A DNA stretch of 64,000 nt, taken from contig JASFYY010000050.1 of the NCBI GenBank assembly GCA_045046875.1, positions 32,001 to 96,000 on the forward strand. Direction: 5' to 3'. Position 1 is the first letter of the stretch. The number at the start of each line of letters is the position of its first letter. The DNA comes from Verrucomicrobiota bacterium (GTDB taxonomy: Bacteria > Verrucomicrobiota > Verrucomicrobiia > Verrucomicrobiales > DEV007). The notes below the pieces were generated by a model. The model made no database searches. It had not been told where the DNA came from and worked only from the letters and a program-made list of their open reading frames with translations. The position numbers were made by a program, and so were the translations under genes. Positions 38,204-47,165 of this stretch are shown piece by piece.

Positions 38204-39974
38204 TATCCCTCCATCACTATTGCTGTTCGCCGGCGCATTGATCACCATGCTGCTGCGCGGTCGTGCGCGGAATATTTTTCTGGTGGCCTTGCCGGTTTAC
38301 ACTTTTTGGCACATTTTCCAGTTGTCTTTTGGCGAAGGGCCGAAGATGGATTTTCTGCCGACTTTTGATGCGCTCGAACCCTTGCGGGTGGACAAGCTCA
38401 GTAAGGCCTTTGGTTATATTTTCACATTGAACGCGGCGGTTGCTTTCCTGTTTGCCTTTTATGTCAAAAAGGCCTTCCAGCATGTGTGGGCCTTGGTCTA
38501 TATCGGCGCGGCACTGGGGGTGATTTTTGCCGGAGACTTGATTACGCTGTATGTGTATTGGGAGTTGATGGCGATCTCGTCGGCTTTTGTGATCATCGCC
38601 CGTAATACCCTGCGTGCCAAACAAGCTACTTTTCGTTACGTGATGGTGCATATCTTTGGTGGGCTGTTGCTGCTGGCAGGCATTGTGATGACGGTTTCGT
38701 CGAGTGGCAGCATCGCCTTTGATAGTTTTGATTACGCTGATGCCAATCTGGGCACCTGGCTGATTCTGGCAGGATTCCTGGTCAATGCGGCAGCGCCCTT
38801 ATTTTCCTCCTGGCTGTCGGACGCCTATCCGGAAGCCAGTGTGACCGGCGGATTGATCCTCAGTGCTTATACCACCAAAACGGCGGTTTATACCTTGCTG
38901 CGCGGCTTCCCGGGATGGGAGCCACTGATGGTGATTGGCTGCGTGATGGCGGTGTTTGGTATCATGTATGCGCTGTTGGAAAATGACATGCGCCGCATAT
39001 TGGCTTATTCGATTATCAATCAGGTGGGCTTCATGGTTTGTGCGGCGGGTATTGGCACCAAGATGGCGATCGCCGGAGCGGTGGCACATGCTTTTTGTCA
39101 CATCATTTACAAGTCGCTGCTGTGGATGTCAGCTGGCGCGGTATTGTATCGCACGGGGAAAAGTCGCTGCACGGATTTGGGCGGCTTGTATAAAACGATG
39201 CCGTGGACTTTGTTGTTTGGGGGCATTGGAGCTTTGGCGATTTCGGCGGTGCCGCTGACCAGTGGTTTCACCAGCAAGACGATCATCATCGCTGCGACCG
39301 AGCATGAGAAGTTGTTTTGGATCTGGTTGATTTTGGAGCTGGCATCGGCGGGGGTTTTTCTCCATGCAGGGATCAAATTTCCTTATTTTGTCTTTTTTAA
39401 TCAAGACAAGGGATTGCGCCCCAAGGAAGCTCCGAAGACGATGTTATGGGCGATGGGGATTTTGGCGTTCTTGTGTATCTGGTTAGGAATCCGGCCGCAG
39501 ATGCTTTATGATATTTTGCCTTACGCAGTGGATTATAAAGCTTACACCGCTAGTCATCTGGTGACTCAGATGCAGTTGCTGATGTTCTCGGCGCTGGTAT
39601 TTTTTCTTTTCCTGCCGCTGCTCAAGCGCACAGCGACGATCAGTTTGGATGTCGATTGGTTTTACCGCAAAGGTGGAGTGGCTTTTTACCGCTTGATGGA
39701 CAAGAGCCTGAACGGGATCAACGCGAAAGTGGCCGATGTGATTGCTGTTCGATACACGGCGTGGTTGGGTCGATTTTTCCGCACCGCTCCGGCTGAAATA
39801 TTGGGAGCTTTGTTGGTGCCTTATTGGATGGGGATACGTTTGAATTCGGATGAGATAGCGGGGCGTAAGGCGAAGCTGGTATTGCGAGCCAAACGCGGAG
39901 CGTTTCCGGTGGGGATCACGGCTTGTCTGGCGGTGATGATGTTGGCGATTATTTATTTGGTGGCATTGGCCTGA
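38184..39974 (+). CDS. Third antiporter-like subunit (MrpD/A family)
   Basis: YVYWELMA, VNAAAPLFSSWLSDAYPEAS, TTKTAVY, DMRRILAYSIINQVG, HAFCHIIYKSLL. Start at 38184 or 38193. Confidence 0.9.
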   Translation: MTAMLTDIPPSLLLFAGALITMLLRGRARNIFLVALPVYTFWHIFQLSFGEGPKMDFLPTFDALEPLRVDKLSKAFGYIFTLNAAVAFLFAFYVKKAFQHVWALVYIGAALGVIFAGDLITLYVYWELMAISSAFVIIARNTLRAKQATFRYVMVHIFGGLLLLAGIVMTVSSSGSIAFDSFDYADANLGTWLILAGFLVNAAAPLFSSWLSDAYPEASVTGGLILSAYTTKTAVYTLLRGFPGWEPLMVIGCVMAVFGIMYALLENDMRRILAYSIINQVGFMVCAAGIGTKMAIAGAVAHAFCHIIYKSLLWMSAGAVLYRTGKSRCTDLGGLYKTMPWTLLFGGIGALAISAVPLTSGFTSKTIIIAATEHEKLFWIWLILELASAGVFLHAGIKFPYFVFFNQDKGLRPKEAPKTMLWAMGILAFLCIWLGIRPQMLYDILPYAVDYKAYTASHLVTQMQLLMFSALVFFLFLPLLKRTATISLDVDWFYRKGGVAFYRLMDKSLNGINAKVADVIAVRYTAWLGRFFRTAPAEILGALLVPYWMGIRLNSDEIAGRKAKLVLRAKRGAFPVGITACLAVMMLAIIYLVALA

Positions 39975-39982
39975 GGAAGGGG

Positions 39983-40131
39983 AACCACTAATAAACACCA
40001 ATAAACACAAATTTAGGAGGAGGTTTTTTAAATCACGGAGGTCAGTAGGTCAGAGCGAGCCGGAGCGACCGCGCTGCAATGGGGCAAATTCAAAATAAAA
40101 TATCAGTGTTCATCAGTGTGAATCAGTGGTT
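39983..40131. repeat. Inward-facing pair of family-A decamer-periodic elements enclosing other short motifs
   Basis: AACCACTAAT AAACACCAAT AAACACAAAT (39983-40012, +) and AACCACTGAT TCACACTGAT GAACACTGAT (40131-40102, -); between them AGGTCAG-T-AGGTCAG and GAGCGAGCCGGAGCGACC. Confidence 0.7.
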
Positions 40132-40143
40132 TCTTTTTGGAAT

Positions 40144-40728
40144 ATGTTTACTGGAATTGTTGAGTGTTGTGGAGAAGTAAGGTCGATGGAGCCGGTGGAG
40201 GCGGGGTTCCGTTTGTGTTTGGGCATTCCCTTTGCACGGGAGTTGAGTGAGGGGGAGAGTGTGGCGGTGAACGGGTGCTGCCTGACGGTGACGACGGTCG
40301 AGGATGGTTCGGTCGGGTTTGACTTGTTGGCGGAGACTTGCCGGGTGACGAATCTGGGCGATTTGAAGGCGGGAGGTGTGGTGAATTTGGAGCGAGCCTT
40401 GAGAGCGACTGACCGGATGAGCGGGCATTTTGTGCAAGGGCATGTCGATGGCACCAGTGAGATTTTGGAATTAGAAGCGGTGGGACAGGATTATCGCTTG
40501 CGAGTTGCTTTGCCAGATCAGTTTTCGCGTTATTTGATCAACAAGGGCTCGATTTGCGTGGATGGCATGAGCCTGACGGCAGCAGAGGTGGGTGAGGATA
40601 GTTTCACCATCTGGCTGATTCCTCACACCATGGAGATCACCAATTTAAAAAATCGTCAAGCTGGACAGCGGGTGAATCTCGAATTCGATATGCTAGCGAA
40701 GTATGTTGAGAAGCTGGTTGGAGTTTGA
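40144..40728 (+). CDS. ribE: Riboflavin synthase (alpha chain)
   Basis: MFTGIVE, ESVAVNGCCLTV, VNLERA, GHFVQGHVDG, KGSICVDGMSLT, VNLEFDMLAKYV. Confidence 0.96.
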   Translation: MFTGIVECCGEVRSMEPVEAGFRLCLGIPFARELSEGESVAVNGCCLTVTTVEDGSVGFDLLAETCRVTNLGDLKAGGVVNLERALRATDRMSGHFVQGHVDGTSEILELEAVGQDYRLRVALPDQFSRYLINKGSICVDGMSLTAAEVGEDSFTIWLIPHTMEITNLKNRQAGQRVNLEFDMLAKYVEKLVGV

Positions 40729-40786
40729 TGAGAACATTGGAGTCAAGAATCATGGCTATTCCGCCCAAGGGTTAGTAGGAGGCGTT

Positions 40787-41752
40787 TCACGCTTTAGCCA
40801 ACTCTTCGACATGGGCGCAGACCGCTTTAGCCAGGCCTTGAGGGTTGTAGCCGCCTTCCAGGATGGATACGATTTTTCCTTGGCAGAATTCTTGGGCCCA
40901 TCCGCATGTCATCTTGGTTAACTCGATAAAATCGTCGTCGGTGAGCTGGAGCATGCCGACAGGATCGTCGATGCGAGCGTCAAACCCAGCGGAGATTAAG
41001 ATGAAATCGGGTTGAAATTTTATTAAAGCGGGACCGATCAGGTCATGCCATTTTTTTAAAATAAGATCGCCGCCGCTGCCTTCGGGCACCGGGATATTAA
41101 GGGTGCTGCCTTTGCCCTCACCTTGCCCGATTTCATCAGCAGCGCCGGTGTGGGGGTAGATATTGTCTTCGTGGCTTGAAGCGTAGAAGACCGAGGCGTC
41201 GGAGTAAAAAATGTCTTGGGTACCATTGCCGTGATGGACATCCCAATCGAGAATAGCGATGCGCTTGAGGCCGTGGCGCTGTTGTAGATGGCGAGCGGTG
41301 ATCGCTACATTGTTAAAAATGCAAAAGCCCATGCCTCTACCCGCAGAAGCGTGATGGCCAGGAGGTCTGACGGCAGCAAAGGCATTTTTTACGGTTCCTT
41401 CACAGACCGCATCGGCGGCTGCCAGGGATGAGCCGATCGCATCCATGGCCACATCGTAGGAGTCCGGGCAAATGGCGGTATCGCCCGTGCGGAGAACGTC
41501 GGCGAATTGTTCCACGTCCATGCGTGCCACATCGTGATACCAGGAGTCATGACACAATAAAACATCCTTGATGGTTGCGTTTTGGCAGGCTAAACGGTGA
41601 TAGGCAGAGGGGGAGTTTTTGCATAGAGCCTCCAGGTTGTTCATCACCGGGAGGTAGCGCTCGGCGCTCTCGGGGTGCATCGGTCCGGTGTCGTGCTTGA
41701 GAAAGGACGCGTCATAGATGATGCCGGTGGTTTGGTCAGTGGGGTTTGTCAT
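40787..41752 (-). CDS. Zn-dependent histone-deacetylase-family (HDAC/AcuC-like) deacylase
   Basis: HPES, RPPGHHA, MGFCIFNNVA, DWDVHHGNGTQ, SAGFDA and LEGGY all intact. Confidence 0.95.
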   Translation of the reverse strand: MTNPTDQTTGIIYDASFLKHDTGPMHPESAERYLPVMNNLEALCKNSPSAYHRLACQNATIKDVLLCHDSWYHDVARMDVEQFADVLRTGDTAICPDSYDVAMDAIGSSLAAADAVCEGTVKNAFAAVRPPGHHASAGRGMGFCIFNNVAITARHLQQRHGLKRIAILDWDVHHGNGTQDIFYSDASVFYASSHEDNIYPHTGAADEIGQGEGKGSTLNIPVPEGSGGDLILKKWHDLIGPALIKFQPDFILISAGFDARIDDPVGMLQLTDDDFIELTKMTCGWAQEFCQGKIVSILEGGYNPQGLAKAVCAHVEELAKA

Positions 41753-43632
41753 GAATTCGGATCGGTTGTTTCACCCTTTTCCCGGTGTATGGATGCTAAG
41801 AGTTGCTCGACGTCGATGGTGAATTCGTCGCTGTCTTCGCCAAAATAGGATCTTTTGTCAGCGCCAAAAGAAATAAACAGTGCCGCCATGGCTTTGTTTC
41901 GTTTGAGCACGGAAGCCCAGAATTTTTTGATACCGCGATTTTTTGCAACACAGGCCAACTCGCCAAGCAAAAAACGGGACAGGCCCAAGCGCCGTCTATT
42001 TTCTCCAACCATGAAAGCAACTTCGGCAGATTGCCGGGACGGATCCTGATAAAAACGTGCGATGGCAGCGATCTGTTGTCGTTGCGTGTTCTCCTCGAAC
42101 AGGGCGAAGGCGAGATCGACACTTTGATCTATAGAAGTGAGTTTGTAGGCGGATTCGTTGCTCATCCGGTCTTTGACGTGACCGTAGCGCATGCTGATGG
42201 TTTCTTTGTCGTGTGAGTAGAAGAATTCCTGCAAAGAGCGGGTATCGCTTGCCTTAAGCGGGCGAAAGGTAAAACGTCGCCCTTTGAAACTTAGCGATTT
42301 TGAGCTTGCATGATCTTCACAGGCGTCGGTGATATGCTTGGGGGCGATGTTGTAAAATTTGGGGATCCATCCCCAGTGGTGGGCGTCGGCCAGCAGTTTT
42401 TCCCTGTAGTCGGGGTGAGCGACTTCCACCATGTTGAGAACTCTTTCGCGAATGCTGCGACCACGTAAGCGAGCGATGCCATATTCGGTAATCACATAAT
42501 GAACGTCACCGCGGCCGGTATTGACGCCACTGCCAGGTTTGAATCCCGCCACAATGCGCGAGTGTTGGCCGTCATCGGACATGGAGGTTAATACGATCAA
42601 GGGATGCCCCCCTTTGCTGTAACTTGCTCCGCGAATAAAATCCTGGGTACTGCCCATGCCGCCGTAAAACAGATGGCCGCGTGAGTCGCGCACTACTTGA
42701 CCGGTCAGATCAACTTCGTAGGCGCCGTGGATGGCGACCATCTTATGGTTTTTACGGATGCGGTTCACATTTCCTACCCAATCAGATGGGCGCATTTCGA
42801 TTGTTTTATTATTATCGGCGAAATCGTAGAGTTGTTTGCTGCCGATAAAATTTGAGCAAGTGGCTCTGCCAACATGATATTGTTTCATGGAGTTGTCGAC
42901 GGCTCCGCATTGCATCAATTCCCTCATGGCATCGGAAAACAGACCGGTATGAATCCCCAGATGACGGTGTTTTTTCAGTGCCATGAGGACTGCCTGGGGG
43001 GTGTTGCCTAGACCTGCTTGGATGGTCGATCCATCTTCGATGAGCTGCGCAGCGTATCGTGCGGCTACTACCTGGGCAGCGCGTGGGCTTTGCCAATCCA
43101 GAGTTGGCAGAGCTTGTTCGGCTTCGAGAAAGTAGTGGATCTTATCAGTGGAAATTTGAGCCGACTTTCCAGTGTGTGGCATGGATGGATTGATTTGCGC
43201 CACTACGATGCGGGCGGCTTTGATCGCTGCTTTGACCACATCCACGCTCACCCCAAGGGAAACGCAGCCGTATTTATCGGGCGGGCTCACGTGGATCAGG
43301 GCTACATCCACGGGAAGTAGATGGCCGCCAAATAGAGTGGGCACGTCTGACAGGGGGCAGGGCGTGTAGTCTGCCCGGCCGGCGGCGACGGCTTCCTGAA
43401 TGGAGGGAGTGAGGAAAAAAGTATTGGTACGTAGCGAGCTGTCGTATTTTTTATCAATCCACGGCATCTCACCGATGGTGTGGATATGAGTTAGCTCGAC
43501 ATCGTGATAGTGTCCGGATTGCTGCAGCATTGATTCTACCACCGCAAAAGGAACGGCGGCTCCCGAGCCGATGAATACCCGGCTACCGGGTAATACAATG
43601 TCTTTCCACGCCTGGGACGTCAGTTCTTTCAC
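41749..43632 (-). CDS. Acetyl-CoA hydrolase/CoA-transferase-like domain fused to C-terminal GNAT acyltransferase
   Basis: GRADYTP, DVALIHVSPPDKYG..SLGVSVD, QINPSMP, IEDGSTIQAGLG, EVDLTGQV, DVHYVITEYGIA; GNAT part RPLKASD...AEVAFMV...RRRLGLS...NKAM. GTG start; ATGA overlap with the HDAC gene. Confidence 0.92.
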   Translation of the reverse strand: MKELTSQAWKDIVLPGSRVFIGSGAAVPFAVVESMLQQSGHYHDVELTHIHTIGEMPWIDKKYDSSLRTNTFFLTPSIQEAVAAGRADYTPCPLSDVPTLFGGHLLPVDVALIHVSPPDKYGCVSLGVSVDVVKAAIKAARIVVAQINPSMPHTGKSAQISTDKIHYFLEAEQALPTLDWQSPRAAQVVAARYAAQLIEDGSTIQAGLGNTPQAVLMALKKHRHLGIHTGLFSDAMRELMQCGAVDNSMKQYHVGRATCSNFIGSKQLYDFADNNKTIEMRPSDWVGNVNRIRKNHKMVAIHGAYEVDLTGQVVRDSRGHLFYGGMGSTQDFIRGASYSKGGHPLIVLTSMSDDGQHSRIVAGFKPGSGVNTGRGDVHYVITEYGIARLRGRSIRERVLNMVEVAHPDYREKLLADAHHWGWIPKFYNIAPKHITDACEDHASSKSLSFKGRRFTFRPLKASDTRSLQEFFYSHDKETISMRYGHVKDRMSNESAYKLTSIDQSVDLAFALFEENTQRQQIAAIARFYQDPSRQSAEVAFMVGENRRRLGLSRFLLGELACVAKNRGIKKFWASVLKRNKAMAALFISFGADKRSYFGEDSDEFTIDVEQLLASIHREKGETTDPNS

Positions 43633-43752
43633 AGTGATAAGTTGTCACAGAATAGTCCGGCGGCAAGTGAGGAAAGGGATCCTTAGCCTAAGGGATTGAA
43701 TAAAATGCTAGAGGCTTCGTCAAATGAGCGTAATAAGTTATCTGTCATCATT

Positions 43753-44124
43753 ATGAAATTCTCCGCTAAAAATACCATTTTGTTTTTTGTTTTCGTCGGC
43801 GCTGTGCTTGTTGTTATTCTGGCGAATGATGCGATGGCACGTGTGAGCTCAAATGCGGAGGTCGGCGGCAGCGTGATGGCTTGCACTAAGGCGGAGATCC
43901 GGCGCGTATATGGAAAGATCCAGTTCGTTGATTCCTTTCCGGATTACAAAGTGAAGATTGTGGGGGGCAATGCCGACCTTAAGGTGCAGAAGGTGACATC
44001 ATTTCCATCTGTTCCTGGAAAGTGGAAGATTGTGAACTCTTTTCCCGACTACAAAATCCAAATAGTCGATGCTTTTCCGGATTTCACGATCAGATACGTC
44101 GATGCTTTTCCGGGAACGAATTAA
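43753..44124 (+). CDS. Secreted small repeat protein, candidate 7_1 (septoil) knot family
   Basis: Signal peptide, then six ~11-aa repeats of the form K(I/V)x(I/F/K)VxxFPD ending VDAFPG. Confidence 0.7.
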   Translation: MKFSAKNTILFFVFVGAVLVVILANDAMARVSSNAEVGGSVMACTKAEIRRVYGKIQFVDSFPDYKVKIVGGNADLKVQKVTSFPSVPGKWKIVNSFPDYKIQIVDAFPDFTIRYVDAFPGTN

Positions 44125-44225
44125 AAGGTGGCGCATAAATCCGTCCGCCCAGTGATTAGGCTGAAATCTATTCGTGTGGATTCGGACTTGCCTTTACTCC
44201 TTTATTGTTGTTGGTCAGAGTCAGT

Positions 44226-44576
44226 ATGGGTGAAGGGAATGGAAAAGACAGTGAGCAAGAGATGCGTTATGGCGTGCTTGGAGGTGAGGATTTATCAACA
44301 GGGGAAAAGCTGGAAAAGTACACTGGTGAAGTCACTTGGAAATACCTGCAGAGTCACTATGAAGCGGGTGCCTTGATTTACGTTGATCCGGCTTTGTCGA
44401 TTACTGAGGTGGGTGAGGCCTTTGCGGCCGATGATTCGGCACGGGTGAAACAGTGGCGCGAGAAAGGGGATATTCTTACACCATCAGCGCCTCATGCGGA
44501 ATATTGGCAAGAGAGTGGAGTGGTGTTTTGTGCTTTGGTGGTGTCGCCTTTTGTGTTGATTCAGCCGCGACCGTAG
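44226..44576 (+). CDS. DUF2288 family protein
   Basis: TGEVTWKYLQSHYEAGALIYVDPAL...VGEAFAADDS..VKQW...ALVVSPFVLIQ. Confidence 0.8.
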   Translation: MGEGNGKDSEQEMRYGVLGGEDLSTGEKLEKYTGEVTWKYLQSHYEAGALIYVDPALSITEVGEAFAADDSARVKQWREKGDILTPSAPHAEYWQESGVVFCALVVSPFVLIQPRP

Positions 44577-44600
44577 CCTGAGAAAAATTGATTTGATGAT

Positions 44601-45269
44601 ATGATGACTGATTCGAATGATGCCACGCCGGGGCAGGCGGCTTATAGCAAAAGGTTGCTCAGGGTATATGATTTGTGGGTGCTGGGTATATCCAATCAGT
44701 GGATCTGGAAATGCCCGTCGGCAAAACTGCTCGCTTTTTACAATCGGCATATATCCAATAACCATCTCGATGTGGGAGTTGGTACAGGTTATTTTCTGGA
44801 TCGCTGTGAGTTTCCAGAGCCGCCGCCACGGGTGGCGTTGATGGATCTGAATGCCAACAGTCTCGACAGCGCGGCTGGGCGTATTGCTCGTTATCATCCC
44901 GAGACTTATCAAGCAAATGTGTTGGAGCAGATCAAGCTGGAGACAGAGCCTTTTGACTCCATTGGGATCAACTATTTACTACATTGTCTGCCTGGATCGA
45001 TTACGGAAAAAACACTTTGCCTGGATCATTTGTCGGTTTGTTTGAAACCGGGCGGAATCATTTTCGGTAGCACTCTTTTGTCAGGCGGAGTGCAACGTGG
45101 TGAAGCGGCGCGGCGCTTGATGGCTTTTTATAATCAAAAGGGGATTTTTGGAAATACCCAAGATGATCTGGAGGGTTTGACGGCAGCCCTTGAAAAACGA
45201 TTTGTTGATGTGCAGGTGGAAGTGATCGGCTGCGTGGCTTTATTTTCGGGAGAGAAGTTGAAGCGTTAA
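44601..45269 (+). CDS. Class I SAM-dependent methyltransferase
   Basis: HLDVGVGTGYFL, LMDLNANSL, FDSIGINYLLHCLPG, LKPGG. Confidence 0.9.
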   Translation: MMTDSNDATPGQAAYSKRLLRVYDLWVLGISNQWIWKCPSAKLLAFYNRHISNNHLDVGVGTGYFLDRCEFPEPPPRVALMDLNANSLDSAAGRIARYHPETYQANVLEQIKLETEPFDSIGINYLLHCLPGSITEKTLCLDHLSVCLKPGGIIFGSTLLSGGVQRGEAARRLMAFYNQKGIFGNTQDDLEGLTAALEKRFVDVQVEVIGCVALFSGEKLKR

Positions 45270-45472
45270 GCGGTAGGAGGACCAATCCAATCAAGGATTG
45301 AGATCAGGTTTTTTAGGATATTCGATTAGTAAGGAGGTGAAAGAGGGGTGTGTTTACTATGCTGAGTGGGTTGAGGATTTTTTTTTGAGGGGTGAAGCCC
45401 AGTTGCAGAGTTGTATAGCTTGTAGTGGTCAAAGTGAAAAACTACCACTGTAAAAATAAACACTCAAAAAAT

Positions 45473-45595
45473 ATGAAAAAAGTTATCCGTCTGTTTTTAA
45501 TTATCGCCGCCACTGTGAGCATAGGAGGGCTTGGCTCATGTTCGAGCACGTCCGGTTCAGGGGGTTCGGACGGACACACATCACATTCTCATTGA
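45473..45595 (+). CDS. 40-aa small lipoprotein with His-containing tail (absent from the ORF track)
   Basis: MKKVIRLFLIIAATVSIGGLGSC-SSTSGSGGSDGHTSHSH*: basic N-region, hydrophobic core, lipobox LGSC; A-rich leader; terminator overlaps the stop. Confidence 0.7.
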   Translation: MKKVIRLFLIIAATVSIGGLGSCSSTSGSGGSDGHTSHSH

Positions 45596-45629
45596 TAGGG
45601 CAGTTGATGAGTCCCTATCATTTTTTATT
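45593..45629 (+). terminator. Intrinsic terminator after the small lipoprotein gene
   Basis: TGATAGGG-N12-CCCTATCA followed by TTTTTTATT. Confidence 0.7.
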
Positions 45630-45686
45630 CAACTTTGGTGGCTCAGCGTCTCTGCCGTAAGAATAATCTGCAGCGACTTGGCATTC

Positions 45687-47063
45687 TCACACAAACTTCC
45701 CTGGATTCAGAATGTGGTTTGGATCCAGGGCGGCTTTCAAATCACGATGCACCTGGCGACCCACCTCTGACACGGCGTCGGGATACCAGCGTTTTTTGGC
45801 TAGGCCGATGCCGTGTTCGCCGGTGATGGCGCCGTCGTTGGCCAGTACCCATTTGAAAAGTTGGTCGAGTGCGGCGTCGGCTTTTTTACGTGTATCCGGG
45901 TCATCGTAATTGTCGACCATCAGGTTGGTATGGATGTTGCCATCTCCGGCATGACCAAAACAGGCGACGGCGATGCCGGTGTCTTTTTGTAACTGGCGGG
46001 CAAAGGTAACAAGATCGACCAGCTTGGAGCGTGGAACCACGATATCTTCGTTGAGCTTGGTCAGGCCGGTGGCGCGCAGGGAATAGGAAAAGTCGCGGCG
46101 TAGTTGCCAGATGGCTTCGCAGCTTTCACTATCGAGTGCTTCTTGGATTTTTAAGGCACCAAGCGTGAGGAGGAATTTTTTCAGTTCTTTGATTTCGTTT
46201 TGCACCGACTCTTTGCGGCCATCGAGTTCGACGATGAGATGGGCATTGCCGTTGGGCAGTGCATCCTCGCCGAGGTAGTCGCGTGCGGCTTTTAGGGTGA
46301 AGGCATCGGTGATCTCCAAGGCAGAGGGCAACCAACTGGATCCGAGGATGGCTTGCACGGCGGCAGCGGCTTGGGAAAAATCGGTAAAGGTGGTGGTGAG
46401 CATGGCGCGTGCCTCGGGATGTGGGATGATTCGCAGGGTGGCTTCGGTGATCACACCGAGCATGCCTTCGGATCCGACAAACATGCCGATCAGATCGAAG
46501 CCGGTTTTATTTTTGTGGCAACGACCGCCGGTGCGCAGGATGTCGCCATTGGCGAGCACCACTTCGAGTCCGATCACGTAGGGACGGGTGACGCCGTATT
46601 TGAGGCAGCGTGGACCGCCGGCGTTGGTGGCGATGTTGCCGCCGAGTGAGCATTCACGCAAACTGGCAGGGTCGGGCGGGTAATACCAGCCGAGGTCGGC
46701 AGCGGCGTCTTGAAGGTCGCCGGTGATGACGCCGGGTTCGACCACGGCGACTCCATCCTCGGGTTTGATCTCTTTAATTTTCGTCATGCGTGCCACCGAT
46801 AGCACAATGCCGCCCTTCATCGGTACACAGCCACCAACGTAACCGACTCCAGCTCCACGAGTGGTGACGGGGATATTGTGTTGATGCGCGTAAGTCATGG
46901 TTGCGACGACATCCTCGGTGGATTGTGCAAAAACCACGACTTCAGGAGGATTCGAAGCATGCCATTTGTCGATGGCGTGTTCTTCGAGAATGTTATCTGC
47001 GGTGGAGACCTGATCTTCGCTGAGTAAGGCGATGAGACCGGACTTTAATGAGCTGTTTGGCAT
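45687..47063 (-). CDS. FAD-linked oxidase, GlcD / D-2-hydroxyacid dehydrogenase-like
   Basis: TRGAGVG..GG, YPPDPAS...SLGGNIATNAGG, GSEGMLGVIT, GHAGDGNIH, ITGEHGIG, DPNHILNPGK. Confidence 0.92.
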   Translation of the reverse strand: MPNSSLKSGLIALLSEDQVSTADNILEEHAIDKWHASNPPEVVVFAQSTEDVVATMTYAHQHNIPVTTRGAGVGYVGGCVPMKGGIVLSVARMTKIKEIKPEDGVAVVEPGVITGDLQDAAADLGWYYPPDPASLRECSLGGNIATNAGGPRCLKYGVTRPYVIGLEVVLANGDILRTGGRCHKNKTGFDLIGMFVGSEGMLGVITEATLRIIPHPEARAMLTTTFTDFSQAAAAVQAILGSSWLPSALEITDAFTLKAARDYLGEDALPNGNAHLIVELDGRKESVQNEIKELKKFLLTLGALKIQEALDSESCEAIWQLRRDFSYSLRATGLTKLNEDIVVPRSKLVDLVTFARQLQKDTGIAVACFGHAGDGNIHTNLMVDNYDDPDTRKKADAALDQLFKWVLANDGAITGEHGIGLAKKRWYPDAVSEVGRQVHRDLKAALDPNHILNPGKFV

Positions 47064-47165
47064 GGCTGTATCGTAGGTGGTGAAAATTTAAGCGCAGCAG
47101 GTGCAAGTTTGCCTTGCAAGTCAATGCAGGCTTGGGCAACGCGCTACGCAGAAATTGTAAAAAGC

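Noticed and set aside
39975..40143. FMN riboswitch upstream of riboflavin synthase
   Set aside because: No RFN-element consensus visible; the region is explained by dispersed repeats.
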